From a virus: DNA of 53,906 nucleotides. The DNA is taken from positions 1-53,906 of IMG/VR virus record IMGVR_UViG_3300033111_000121; one strand, given 5' to 3'. A program made the position numbers and the translations under genes. Below the pieces are notes generated by a model that was not told the DNA's origin, did not search any database, and saw nothing but the letters and a program-made list of their open reading frames with translations. Below, one piece after another: positions 42,582 to 52,330 of the stretch (position 1 is its first letter; every line of letters begins with the position of its first letter).

Positions 42582-44491
42582 CGATTACCCCAGGAAGTTT
42601 CGATCGCGTTATCATCGAGTGTTCCTGTTCCTCTCAAGAAGCTTATGCCCCTGGTCATGTTGTTGTTTATGATTCGAGCATCATGAAATGGTGGGATGAC
42701 GATACAGCGGGAACCCAAGGGCAAGAGCTTCCGTTTCCTGATGGTGGTGGTGGGTACGATCTAACGAACTCTGAGATCATGACGGTGATTGCTGCTGTTC
42801 AGTCTGGTGCGGCAGAGGTTTACTATGTTGATGGGCGAACTCCCATCGCATACGATGATCTCCCTGAGCAGTTTTCAACCATCCATTTTGCCCACCCTTT
42901 CCATCCTTCGGATGGTTGGAAGATGTTCAGTCGCATGGCGACTCATGGCGATCTCACCGAGACCACATCTCGAAGGCACTTTACCTTTCGTGGTGGAGTC
43001 GTGCCTGGGAGAACAGCTCCCACCGATGCCAACATTGACCAGTCTCTTGAGGATTGGTATGCCTTTCGCAACGGTCCTACTCTTGGGTTGCGTTTGCTGA
43101 TTCCTGAGGCTGAGGATCTTCGAGAAGCAGATCTCACCACCTACGCGCCGACCAAGGCGATGCGTGATTTCCTCGAGTCGATACGAGCACCAGAGTCAAC
43201 TACCCCTCTTCCGCCATCGATTGCAGATGCTTGGCCGACGACGCCGGTGCTGTACTTCGATCTGCCGATCGGCCCTGGCAACACGGTTTTTCGAGCGCGA
43301 ATCCCAATCACCATTTATTCCCGAACGAGCACGGGTGCTCTGACCGGCGTATGGGTGGTTCTTACCATCGACGCCGACGCTGTAGTTGATATCGATCTCG
43401 TCAATGGTCTGCTTCAACGGACGGTTGTATCGATTCCTGCCGCAGGGGTAGAACTCGAGAACCTTTGGGGTGACCAGAACACTCGAGGTTACGTCCGCGA
43501 TCTGGTCTTCCGAGGTGGTCGGATCAGCATGCCGAACGGGATGCCGCTCGCCCATTTCCGCGATCCCGCTTCGGCGCTCGAGCGCACCCTTCCCGCCGCG
43601 TCGGGCTACGGGCGGACAACCGAATGGGATCAGCTCCCGGACTACACCACGGGCATCAAGCGCATCCCCTATCCCGAGGAGATGCCTTTCGTCAACACGA
43701 TTCATGCCGACCTCACGGCGGATGCCGAGTTGCGGCTGGACTTCGAGGATCGGGTCGTAGGGTTTGCTGGCGTCGATCGACGAATTGAGCTTCACAACAG
43801 GAGTGACTCCGGTGGTGGTTCCGTCATCATTCGTAATGCTCCTGCGCCCGCTGAGATGCTCAGGCTGCTTCCTGGAGAGGCATGCTCGATCATTGTGTCG
43901 CTCTCGGTTCTGGGTACTCGAGAGTGGCGTATCGTCGATGCTCCCCTGAGGTACCTTGTGAGAGGCGGGGCCTACTTCAACCTCACCACCGATCCCTACG
44001 ATTGGGACACGGGTGGTGTGGACTTCGAGTTCCGGCCTTGGTTCCCTGATGCAACGCGCACTCTGCGGCGGAATGTGGATGAGTTCGTATTCGGGTCCGA
44101 GTCGGCTCACTCAGCCAACGATGAGCTGGCCGATGGCCTTTCGTTCTCGCCGCACGTTGCCGAGATCGAGCACGACGGCGACTTCATCTTCTACCAAGTC
44201 ACTGAGCTTGAGGTCCGTGGTAACGGTGTTCTCAAGAACGGCCATGCTTCGGTTTTGGTGAGGCAGCGTGGAAGCGATGTGTCGGTCATCGGACGGACGT
44301 GGCAGCCGGACCTTACGGGGGTTGGGTTCCACCGCACCTACACCACGACGTTTGTTGACGAGTGTCAGGAAGGTGATCGTTACGTTGCAGGCCTTCTCTA
44401 CCCCACGTCAGGTACCACCGTTGCATTTTCCAACCTGCGGATCAACACCATCTCCCAGATCATGCGAGTAGCGCCGAGGATTGCCGTATGA
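42578..44491 (+). CDS. Large tail-tip/structural protein candidate, 637 aa
   Basis: GTG 42578 lies 5 nt after GGAGG, with a GTGA overlap. The track starts it at TTG 42566. Confidence 0.6.
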   Translation: MTITPGSFDRVIIECSCSSQEAYAPGHVVVYDSSIMKWWDDDTAGTQGQELPFPDGGGGYDLTNSEIMTVIAAVQSGAAEVYYVDGRTPIAYDDLPEQFSTIHFAHPFHPSDGWKMFSRMATHGDLTETTSRRHFTFRGGVVPGRTAPTDANIDQSLEDWYAFRNGPTLGLRLLIPEAEDLREADLTTYAPTKAMRDFLESIRAPESTTPLPPSIADAWPTTPVLYFDLPIGPGNTVFRARIPITIYSRTSTGALTGVWVVLTIDADAVVDIDLVNGLLQRTVVSIPAAGVELENLWGDQNTRGYVRDLVFRGGRISMPNGMPLAHFRDPASALERTLPAASGYGRTTEWDQLPDYTTGIKRIPYPEEMPFVNTIHADLTADAELRLDFEDRVVGFAGVDRRIELHNRSDSGGGSVIIRNAPAPAEMLRLLPGEACSIIVSLSVLGTREWRIVDAPLRYLVRGGAYFNLTTDPYDWDTGGVDFEFRPWFPDATRTLRRNVDEFVFGSESAHSANDELADGLSFSPHVAEIEHDGDFIFYQVTELEVRGNGVLKNGHASVLVRQRGSDVSVIGRTWQPDLTGVGFHRTYTTTFVDECQEGDRYVAGLLYPTSGTTVAFSNLRINTISQIMRVAPRIAV

Positions 44492-44551
44492 GCCCCTTCA
44501 AGACTTTCCTTGTTCTCACCCGCAGCTCTCAACAAGAACTGGAGTAGAGGT

Positions 44552-45034
44552 ATGGCGCACAATCGAGCGACTGAACAAGCGAAGGCTCTTGGTCTAGAAA
44601 GGATGGAGCAGGCTCGCCGCATCCTCCTTGCTGATCGTGACAGCACATGGTTCGACACTGCCTGTTCTGCGAGTGGTGGTGGGCAACTCATGGACCGGAA
44701 CTGGTATGCCCGGTGCAGGGTAGCCATGTGGCACGATGGGATCCTATTGGCCGATGATGGCAATTGGGCCAGCTTCTTGCGGGAGATCAACCATTGGCCC
44801 TCGATGCTCTGGGCGGCTCTCTTGGTGGCCACAGAGCTTAGGAGGACGGTAGAGGGCATCTACCCCTCCGATCAGGCAAACAACCTCGCCATGACGATCA
44901 GGACCGCTCAGGGAGTGACTATTTCCAAGGCCGATTGGGTACCGAAGAATCTGACCCGGCACAGCCAGTTGAAGATCCTGAGCTGGTGCGGAGTTGTTGG
45001 GGGCAGCTTGCCCTCAGTGCAGGCGTTCCAGTGA
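44552..45034 (+). CDS. Hypothetical protein, 160 aa
   Basis: Track ORF trimmed to ATG 44552, which follows GGAGTAGAGG. Confidence 0.55.
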   Translation: MAHNRATEQAKALGLERMEQARRILLADRDSTWFDTACSASGGGQLMDRNWYARCRVAMWHDGILLADDGNWASFLREINHWPSMLWAALLVATELRRTVEGIYPSDQANNLAMTIRTAQGVTISKADWVPKNLTRHSQLKILSWCGVVGGSLPSVQAFQ

Positions 45035-45156
45035 TTCGTCGTCGCCGAATTCTTCGCGCCATACGGCATACCTTTGGGCCGTGGCCCTGGGTAGGGGTGG
45101 CGTTGATGGTGCTTGGGGCTGGAGCCTGCGTTCGCGGCGTTGTGGAGGTGCTCTGA
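45031..45156 (+). CDS. Small membrane peptide, 41 aa
   Basis: GTGA overlap upstream and TGATG overlap downstream. Sequence VIRRRRILRAIRHTFGPWPWVGVALMVLGAGACV... Confidence 0.35.
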   Translation: MIRRRRILRAIRHTFGPWPWVGVALMVLGAGACVRGVVEVL

Positions 45157-45899
45157 TGACTCGCATTGACATGATCGACGAGGCCACTCGCAACTACGAG
45201 GGTCGGCGCACCAAGGACGGCCGCCCGTACCTGTCTACGCTCAACAGGCGCTTCATGCCGGCCCGAATCACTGGCAGCGAGAGGGATGCCTCCTACAAGA
45301 GAGTTCGGGGCCGGAAGACCGGCTATGCCCGCGAGATCGAGGAACTGGCTCAGTTCTTGGTTCGGGACTTCCACGATTGGTCGGCTCAGGGTCAATACTT
45401 CCTCGAGCCTGGGTTCAGGGATTTAGTGGGCAGGTCTAACAAAACGATCTCGGTTCACTACCTCGCTCTCCGCGACGATTGGGAAGATGATTGTCGTCGA
45501 GCCCTTGATGCGTGGGAGCGGCTTGGTTTCGAGTTTGAGGAAGGTGATGATCCTCTGACTGTTGATGTGGTTGTTGACGATGAGAAGCGAGGAGCATTCG
45601 CTTTGAGGCGCATGGGCTACGTTGGCAGACATCAGGATGGAAAGCCTGTTGTTCACTCTGTTGCTCGAGAGATCAACATCTGGAAGGAATGGCCTGAGTG
45701 GCAACTGTATCATGCCATGGTGCATGAGATTGGTCATGTGCTTGGCCTTGGTCACCCTGGCCCTTACAACGCACAGCGCCCTCCTCAAGCAAACCCACAT
45801 GACACAGCAAAGAACAGCGTCATGAGCTATTACGGTAGAGGTAAGGGCGTAATAGGTGATGCTGATCGCCTTGCAATCGATATGATTTACGGAGATTGA
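45156..45899 (+). CDS. Metzincin-type zinc metallopeptidase, 247 aa
   Basis: HEIGHVLGLGH (HExxHxxGxxH) followed by SVMSYY (Met-turn). Confidence 0.75.
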   Translation: MTRIDMIDEATRNYEGRRTKDGRPYLSTLNRRFMPARITGSERDASYKRVRGRKTGYAREIEELAQFLVRDFHDWSAQGQYFLEPGFRDLVGRSNKTISVHYLALRDDWEDDCRRALDAWERLGFEFEEGDDPLTVDVVVDDEKRGAFALRRMGYVGRHQDGKPVVHSVAREINIWKEWPEWQLYHAMVHEIGHVLGLGHPGPYNAQRPPQANPHDTAKNSVMSYYGRGKGVIGDADRLAIDMIYGD

Positions 45900-46166
45900 A
45901 TGGACTTCAACTCATTGCCAACATGGGTTGGCATTGCTAGCATTCTGGGTGCTGTTCTGTGGCTTCGCAGAGACTTGGTTTCTCATGGGAAAGAGAGTCG
46001 TCAAAGAGCTGTTGACATTGCTGTGTGGAGACAGAGAATCGAGGATCGAGTTGAGAGGCTTGAGGACGGCAAGGATCGTCTGTTTTCTTTGTTGCAGAAG
46101 TTGGAATCTGAAATTCGTGAGCTTCTTCGCCGCCTTGATCTTAAGGAAGGGAGAGACAAAGAATGA
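45900..46166 (+). CDS. N-terminally anchored coiled-coil protein, 88 aa
   Basis: ORF track. TM segment WVGIASILGAVLWL followed by a charged helix. Confidence 0.55.
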   Translation: MDFNSLPTWVGIASILGAVLWLRRDLVSHGKESRQRAVDIAVWRQRIEDRVERLEDGKDRLFSLLQKLESEIRELLRRLDLKEGRDKE

Positions 46167-46759
46167 GCAAACCCTTCAAGTATTACTTCGATGGTGAGTT
46201 CCACAGGGCCACCAAGGAGAAGCCTGGGTATGAACCTCGATCCCGGATCCCCAAGGGTTACCACAAGACTCTCAAGATCTCCTGCGAGGTTGAGATCCCG
46301 AACTTCAATCTTCCTGATGGTCTGATCCTCTTCGCTGGCCGGAACGACGCTCCAGGGCGCAACCCGACCCGCAACCTGCTCTGCTTCGCAGTTGCCAGAA
46401 GGATCAAACATGGTCAGCGCAAGGGCGAATATGAGGTCATCGTCCGCCATGGCCCCAGGGTTCCAGGCGGCTGGAAGAACCGTGGCAGGATCGTTTGCAA
46501 TGGCACCCTGACTCCGGGGACCTACAAGGTCGAACTGAAGTACCGGGTGGTCGGCAAGGATGCCTCGGTCCTCTTCAAGATGACGCGTCCGGATGGCACC
46601 AACGCGGTGATCGGTACGGGCTCTGGCAAGGCGAGCACTCTGGTCTTCGACGGTCGTCGCGAGCTGGCTGCCGGCTTCGGGTTCGATCCAGCGGCCGATG
46701 CCGCGAAGGCAGCCCAGATTGGTTGGGTGTGGAGGGATCTCCTCGTCGAGATGAATTGA
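46163..46759 (+). CDS. Hypothetical protein, 198 aa
   Basis: ORF track; ATGA overlap. Confidence 0.55.
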   Translation: MSKPFKYYFDGEFHRATKEKPGYEPRSRIPKGYHKTLKISCEVEIPNFNLPDGLILFAGRNDAPGRNPTRNLLCFAVARRIKHGQRKGEYEVIVRHGPRVPGGWKNRGRIVCNGTLTPGTYKVELKYRVVGKDASVLFKMTRPDGTNAVIGTGSGKASTLVFDGRRELAAGFGFDPAADAAKAAQIGWVWRDLLVEMN

Positions 46760-46760
46760 G

Positions 46761-47093
46761 ATGCCCCGAAAGTGGTGTGAATACCCAGGATGCTCAACCC
46801 TTGTTGACAAGGGCATGTGCGATGATCATGAAGAAAGCACCACAAGAGTTGTTAGCCCCGAAAGACGTGAGAGGAAGCGCATCTATGACTCTGCTAGGTG
46901 GAGAGCACTTAGGCAGGTTATCCTCTCGAAGTACGATGATGTCTGCGCTCAATGCGGGGCGCTTGCCTCAGACATCCACCATAAGGTATCCTTGGCAGAC
47001 GGAGGCGACCCCTGGGATGAAGACAACCTAGAAGCGTTGTGTAAACGCTGTCATTCCAAGGAAACAGCCAGGGAAAGAAAGAGGAGGCTCTAA
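46761..47093 (+). CDS. HNH endonuclease (packaging-associated type), 110 aa
   Basis: CAQCG...DIHHKVSLADGGDPWDEDNLEALCKRCHSKET. Confidence 0.8.
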   Translation: MPRKWCEYPGCSTLVDKGMCDDHEESTTRVVSPERRERKRIYDSARWRALRQVILSKYDDVCAQCGALASDIHHKVSLADGGDPWDEDNLEALCKRCHSKETARERKRRL

Positions 47094-48859
47094 TGCCGAA
47101 GCTACAGGATCAGGTCGACGCCGATGGGGATCGGGGCGATCTGGGGACCGGCGCACGGGTAGCCGAGTCCAAGAAGCTCCGGGGTCGCCGCGAGGCCGCC
47201 AACGAGCGGCTCAAGGCCATCCGGGAGGAGGCCCGCAAGGCCGAGGAGAAGGAGGAGGGTGGCAAGGACCGCATCCTTCGGGACAAGAAGGAAGAGGTCG
47301 AGAAGATCCTCGATGACATGGAGGTGCTCGACACCGCCATCGATCTCGAGGAGCGCCTCGAGCGTTCCGAGATGCTCGCCAAGCAGCAGGACGAGAACGG
47401 CGAGCGGAAGACCGAGGACTTCATCGAGCGCGTGGGAAGGGAACACAGTGATCGCATGGCCCAGGGCCTCGATATCGAGATTCGGCGGCGGGTCGAGCAT
47501 CGGAACCTCGTGGGTGAGTTCACTCGCAAGAAGGACTATCGACAGGCCTTCTGGCAGGCGATCATGGAGCCGACGAAACTGACGGACGAAGAGGCGCGGC
47601 TGCTGCGGCGGGCGAACGAGCTTCGCGCCGGTGGCGTTGGTGGTGACATCGCTCAGGCCCAGACTCAGGAAGCGGATGCGGCCGGTGGCCTGCTTTGCCC
47701 CGAGGAATGGGAGCGGGGGATTCACTCCTATCTCCAGACCTACGGTGGAATCATGGGTACGCCCTACTCTCGCATCAACGTTCCACATGGCCGTCTGATG
47801 CACTTCATCTTCGACAGGGACATTCAGGTTGGTGGTGAGATTCTGGCTCCCCAGAAGTCTGCCAATACTAATGACTATGGTCTAGGCACCGCAGTCATTC
47901 CCACGAACGAGGTGATGGATACCATCAATGACCTTACGAATCAGAGTGCAACTGGCAGTCTGACGATTGGCAGTCGTCAGACTCGTGGAGCGATCGGTGA
48001 ACATGCTGGAACCACCTACGGTGGCTTCCATGTGTTCGAGAAGGCCTTCAAGCCCTATGTCTTCTCTACCAAGGGTATCGAGATTGCAAACACCTTGTTC
48101 GAGGATGAGGTCTACAACTTCGCCAACATGATTCGGCGAAAGATGACGGATCGCCTGTTCCGCATGCTGTCCTACATCTTCACCGTTCGTGGCCTGGGGC
48201 CGGCCTACAACCAGCCCAGGGGTCTGATGCGGAGTTCGACCACGTTCCCCTACAAGGAGGACAACTTCGATCGTTCCGGGACCAATGTGGCCCGTGACGG
48301 GTCTTCAACAGCCACTTCTCGCCTGCTCTCGCAGAACGAGAACGGAATCACCGTGACCGATCTCCTCAACATGGTCCACTCGCTGGATCCGAACTATCGC
48401 AGTCGTCAGAGCGTGGGCTTCATGTTCACCGATGGCACTTTGCGGAAGCTCCGGGGTCTGACGGTGGATCCGACCGAGGAGAGCAGGGACATCCGGTTCA
48501 TCTGGCAGCAGTCGCTCCAGGCAGGAGTGCCGAGCCGGATTCTGGACTACCCCTACTACATCTCGACCGAGATGGACGAGTTCGGTTCCAACACGGACAT
48601 CGGTTACCGTCAGCCCGAGCTGGCGAACCGAAACCTCGTGGATTCCGGGTCCAGTCACAACAAGGGTCCTGGTGAGTTCATGTTCTTCGGGGACTTCTCC
48701 GAGTTCGTGATCCGCACGGTTCCTGGCTTCCGCATTCGCCGGCTGAACGAACTGGCTGCCGAGCGCGACTCGGTGCTCTTCATCGGTCGAGGCCGGTGGG
48801 GTTCCGAGGTCATGGTCGAGCATGCCCTCAAGGCCATGCGGACGGCTGGAGGCTCGTAG
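47093..48859 (+). CDS. Major capsid protein, HK97 fold, with N-terminal charged coiled-coil (scaffold-like) domain, 588 aa
   Basis: TAATG overlap with the HNH gene. About 100 aa of Lys/Glu-rich N-terminal helix. The body of the protein matches the HK97 major capsid pattern from memory. Confidence 0.75.
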   Translation: MPKLQDQVDADGDRGDLGTGARVAESKKLRGRREAANERLKAIREEARKAEEKEEGGKDRILRDKKEEVEKILDDMEVLDTAIDLEERLERSEMLAKQQDENGERKTEDFIERVGREHSDRMAQGLDIEIRRRVEHRNLVGEFTRKKDYRQAFWQAIMEPTKLTDEEARLLRRANELRAGGVGGDIAQAQTQEADAAGGLLCPEEWERGIHSYLQTYGGIMGTPYSRINVPHGRLMHFIFDRDIQVGGEILAPQKSANTNDYGLGTAVIPTNEVMDTINDLTNQSATGSLTIGSRQTRGAIGEHAGTTYGGFHVFEKAFKPYVFSTKGIEIANTLFEDEVYNFANMIRRKMTDRLFRMLSYIFTVRGLGPAYNQPRGLMRSSTTFPYKEDNFDRSGTNVARDGSSTATSRLLSQNENGITVTDLLNMVHSLDPNYRSRQSVGFMFTDGTLRKLRGLTVDPTEESRDIRFIWQQSLQAGVPSRILDYPYYISTEMDEFGSNTDIGYRQPELANRNLVDSGSSHNKGPGEFMFFGDFSEFVIRTVPGFRIRRLNELAAERDSVLFIGRGRWGSEVMVEHALKAMRTAGGS

Positions 48860-48860
48860 G

Positions 48861-49055
48861 GTGCTTCGGGTGAAGACCATCTCCTCCGTTCACATTGGTG
48901 AAGACCATGTGGGCGGAGGGGTCACCCTCACCTCCAAGGAGTTCTCGGAGGACACTCTGAGGTCTCTCATGGCCCAGGGCGTGGCGATCGAAGTCACTGC
49001 CAAGGGAACCCCCAAGAGAGGCCGGAAGAAGGTCGAGAGGACTGCCAAGGGGTAG
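48861..49055 (+). CDS. Hypothetical small protein, 64 aa
   Basis: GTG 48861 lies 7 nt after GGAGG. It is the tail of track ORF 48822..49055. Confidence 0.45.
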   Translation: MLRVKTISSVHIGEDHVGGGVTLTSKEFSEDTLRSLMAQGVAIEVTAKGTPKRGRKKVERTAKG

Positions 49056-49059
49056 GGCT

Positions 49060-49815
49060 GTGCCTTGCACTACGGTACCCACATCGAGGGCCGAGGGAAG
49101 CCTGATCGGTTTCACTGAGACCACGAGAAGGCTTCGCCTCGGTACCCTCGATGCCGCCCGTGAAGAGGCGGTCAGATCCATCCTCGAGGAGGTCACGGAT
49201 CTAGCTGCCGATGTCATTGGCAGGAGCATCGTCCTTCGCTACTACCGGATGAATGTCTGGGAGGAGAGGAAGACGAACGAGCTGCTCCTTGACCATTGGC
49301 CGATCGATCCGGGCTCCGTCACCTTCACCCTTCCCGAGGGAGAGGAGCTGGGGGAGTGGAGGATTCTCGAGGACTCTCTCTGGGCCGAGAAGGGGTGGCC
49401 GATGCCTCTGGAGGTTCGCTACGCTGCGGGATGGGTACCCCCGCACCTGATCAAGGATTGGGCGGCGAGAACCGAGTACGCGGCCGGCGATTGGGTGCGG
49501 CCCTCGAGTTATATTGGGCTCCTCCAAGTAAACGAGGACTGGACGAGCGCCGCTGCGGAGGTCAACTGGACGGACGCCGATGTGCGCCCGGAAGAGGTGG
49601 CCTACCGGCGCGTGGAGGAGTTGCCCCGCTCGATCATCGCCGCTTGTTACGAAGCGGTCATCGCTCTGTGGCGTCGCCGTGACTTTCCTCGAGACATCGT
49701 TGAGATGCAGGCAGAGGGCGTCAGGATCAGGTTCGACGAGGGGAGGGGCGGTGACTCCACCGGCCTCTCCAAGCGCTTCTACGAGACCCTGGAGCGCTAC
49801 AGGGCGGTGGTCTGA
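49060..49815 (+). CDS. Head-tail connector-like protein, 251 aa
   Basis: The position and N-terminal pattern (EEAVRSILEEVTDLAADVIGRSIV) resemble gp6-type connectors. The assignment is weak. Confidence 0.45.
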   Translation: MPCTTVPTSRAEGSLIGFTETTRRLRLGTLDAAREEAVRSILEEVTDLAADVIGRSIVLRYYRMNVWEERKTNELLLDHWPIDPGSVTFTLPEGEELGEWRILEDSLWAEKGWPMPLEVRYAAGWVPPHLIKDWAARTEYAAGDWVRPSSYIGLLQVNEDWTSAAAEVNWTDADVRPEEVAYRRVEELPRSIIAACYEAVIALWRRRDFPRDIVEMQAEGVRIRFDEGRGGDSTGLSKRFYETLERYRAVV

Positions 49816-51089
49816 TGGGCCGCTACGAGCGCTGGTGGAACGGAGCGAGGCAGGAGCAGCGGTACATCGGCCCGCCTTCCGAGCTGGAGTTCCATCACGG
49901 GTTTGGGTACGACTGGCCCGTGGGTCACAAGACGGCCTCGGGGGTGGTCATCTCCGAGGAGACGGCCATGCGCCACGCGGCCGTGTACTCCTGTGTACGG
50001 ATCATCTCCGAGTCGATGGGCTCTCTCCCCCTTCGGGTGGTCAGGAGGCTCGAGAACGGCGGTGTGGAGCCCCAGGCAGGCCATCTCCTGGACGCCTTGC
50101 TCTACCACCGGCCGAACCCGCGTCAGACTCCCACGGTTTTCAAGAGGTTCGTTGCTCACTGCCAGGAGATCAGAGGTAACGGATGGATCCTTGTTGTTCG
50201 CAATGAGTACAGCGGTAACCCGGTTTCGCTGATTCCCATCATGCCTCAAAGGGTCATATACGAATCTAACAGGAATGGCAGGGAGTATATCGAGATCGAA
50301 CAGGACAACGGCCAGCCGATTGTCGTAGACCCCATGGACATGATCCACCTTCCTCATCTCGTCACCGACGAGTCGGGTCTTGGTAAATCTCCCATCCGCA
50401 ACCATGCGATCGAGCTTGGGTTGGCTACCACCAAGGCCACTGAGCGCTTCTACGGTGAGGGGTACCGTCAGACGGCGGTGATCTCTCATCCAGGCAACCT
50501 CAAGAAGGGGACCGGCGAGAGCCTTGCCAAGCGCTTCGAGAAGAAGTACTCCGGTGTGGTCCAGAAGGGGTTCGGGCTCATGGTGCTCGACGAGGGCATG
50601 CAGTTCCAGCAGGTAGGGCTCAGCGCCGAGGATGCTGCGTTGCTCGATTCAATGGGCGCTACCAAAGCCGACATCGCTTCGATCTTTCGAGTTCCGTTGA
50701 TCAAGTTGCAAGAGCTTGACAACGCTCACTACAACAACGCTGAGCATTACGATTCTGAGTACCGCAACGAAGTCAAACTACCCAAGGCGATGCAGTGGGA
50801 AGAGGAGATGACATTCAAGCTCCTTACCCCTGCCGAGAGGGAAAGAGGTTTCGAGGTGTGGTTCGACATGAATGCTCAGAACCGTGCAGACCTCAAGAGC
50901 AGATCAGAGAATTGGGCATCGGGTGTCGAACATGGATATCTGAGTCCCAATGACATTCTTGGAGAGATGGGTAAGCCGCCTGTGGAACATGGTGACACTA
51001 GGTACTACCCAGGAAACCTTGTGCCTCTTGGTGAAAGACCACAGGCGGCACGACCGGGAGGAGGATCCGATGGCAACAACGGACGTTGA
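49815..51089 (+). CDS. Portal protein, HK97 family, 424 aa
   Basis: AMRHAAVYSCVRIISESMGSLPLRV and the downstream conserved blocks. TGATG overlap with the upstream gene. Confidence 0.88.
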   Translation: MGRYERWWNGARQEQRYIGPPSELEFHHGFGYDWPVGHKTASGVVISEETAMRHAAVYSCVRIISESMGSLPLRVVRRLENGGVEPQAGHLLDALLYHRPNPRQTPTVFKRFVAHCQEIRGNGWILVVRNEYSGNPVSLIPIMPQRVIYESNRNGREYIEIEQDNGQPIVVDPMDMIHLPHLVTDESGLGKSPIRNHAIELGLATTKATERFYGEGYRQTAVISHPGNLKKGTGESLAKRFEKKYSGVVQKGFGLMVLDEGMQFQQVGLSAEDAALLDSMGATKADIASIFRVPLIKLQELDNAHYNNAEHYDSEYRNEVKLPKAMQWEEEMTFKLLTPAERERGFEVWFDMNAQNRADLKSRSENWASGVEHGYLSPNDILGEMGKPPVEHGDTRYYPGNLVPLGERPQAARPGGGSDGNNGR

Positions 51090-51780
51090 CAGTCAGGAGC
51101 TTCGCAGGGAGTTCCGCATGATGATCGCCGACCTCGAGGCGCGGCGGTACAAGAAGAAAAAGGACCGCGACGGCGAAGAGGAAGAGGTCGAGGAGCTGAG
51201 GCTCGAAGGCTACGCTTCCACCTTCGACGAGAAGTACGAGGTCTGGGACTTCGATGAGGTTGTCAGAAAGGGCGCGTTCAAGAGGACTCTTCGTGAGGAC
51301 GACATCAGAGCCCTGTGGAACCACAGGTCCGACATCGTTCTTGGCCGCAACAAGGCTGGCACACTCGACCTCAGCGAGGACAGCAAGGGCCTTCGGGTTC
51401 GGATCCACCTGCCGGACACCCAACAGGCTCGAGACCTCTACACCTCTGTCGAAAGGGGTGACGTTGACCAGATGAGCTTTGGCTTCCAGTGTCGGGAGGA
51501 GAAGTGGAAGAAGGCCGAGAAGAAGGGTGAGCGCCCTCTCCGCGAGCTGCTCGACGTTCGGATGCTCGAGGTCTCTCCGGTCACCTTCCCGGCCAACGAT
51601 GGCACCAGCATCGCCGCTCGAGGCGAATGCCCCGCAGAGGTGCGGTCGGCATACGAGGAGAACCGCTGGGAGGACCCAGAAGCGCCTGAGGGCCCCCCGG
51701 CCCCGCCAGAGCAGCCCCCTGGGCCGGAAGATCGCGCCGATCTGGACGCCCTGGAAGCCAGAATGGAGGCTTTGGGTTGA
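51070..51780 (+). CDS. Prohead protease, HK97 (S78) family, 236 aa
   Basis: LEGYASTFD...GAFKRTL...LWNHRSDIVLG...MSFGF...VTFPAN. ATG 51070 follows GGAGGAGGA. Confidence 0.85.
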   Translation: MATTDVDSQELRREFRMMIADLEARRYKKKKDRDGEEEEVEELRLEGYASTFDEKYEVWDFDEVVRKGAFKRTLREDDIRALWNHRSDIVLGRNKAGTLDLSEDSKGLRVRIHLPDTQQARDLYTSVERGDVDQMSFGFQCREEKWKKAEKKGERPLRELLDVRMLEVSPVTFPANDGTSIAARGECPAEVRSAYEENRWEDPEAPEGPPAPPEQPPGPEDRADLDALEARMEALG

Positions 51781-52088
51781 TGTCCTTCGTTGACGACCCC
51801 AGGATTGTGAAGAGCGAATCAGTGAGTGCTATCGAACAGAGAATCCCGAGCGGCCCTTCAAGCTCGAGGAGCTGCTGTTCGCGGTCTATTCGAGGTGCAA
51901 GTGCGGGGCTGGGCTCGCTTTATCCCAGAAACGTGGGACCAAGAGGATCTTGGCGCTGCTCGGCAATCCTGATGGGCGAGGCAAGCGCCGAGGACGAGCA
52001 CGATGGGGCCATGCCTTTTATCTTCTGGAAGATCAAGGGCGAGGGTCAGCCTTCGGCCGGTGGCGCTACGACGAGGCCTGAGAGTTGA
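51780..52088 (+). CDS. Hypothetical protein with conflicting frame signals, 102 aa as read
   Basis: ATG 51780 overlaps the protease TGA. The central third has low GC3 in this frame, while the -1 frame is open with high GC3 (see findings). Confidence 0.4.
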   Translation: MSFVDDPRIVKSESVSAIEQRIPSGPSSSRSCCSRSIRGASAGLGSLYPRNVGPRGSWRCSAILMGEASAEDEHDGAMPFIFWKIKGEGQPSAGGATTRPES

Positions 52089-52267
52089 GAGAGGATGACA
52101 TCTGGGAGTTGAAGCGCAAGCTCAACGAGCTTGAGCGAAGACTGGAGAACTTGGTGATGATCGTGACGGGACTGGACACACAGCAGGTCGCACCTAGTAG
52201 CAGCAGCAGCCACGATCATCACGTCCCCATCCATGGTCCGGCAGACTGCCGTCCTGGGTTCTCCTGA
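52085..52267 (+). CDS. Small coiled-coil protein, 60 aa
   Basis: ORF track; TTG start with TTGA overlap. Confidence 0.45.
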   Translation: MREDDIWELKRKLNELERRLENLVMIVTGLDTQQVAPSSSSSHDHHVPIHGPADCRPGFS

Positions 52268-52296
52268 GGGGATTGAACCCAGGCCCGGTCGGGGCC

Positions 52297-52324
52297 TTGA
52301 CATTTATTGGGCAGGTCCTATAAT
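52297..52324 (+). promoter_or_regulatory. Consensus sigma70 promoter (TTGACA, 16 nt, TATAAT)
   Basis: Both hexamers are perfect. The ATG at 52331 lies 7 nt after the -10 element, which predicts a leaderless transcript. Confidence 0.7.
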
Positions 52325-52330
52325 GGGGGC

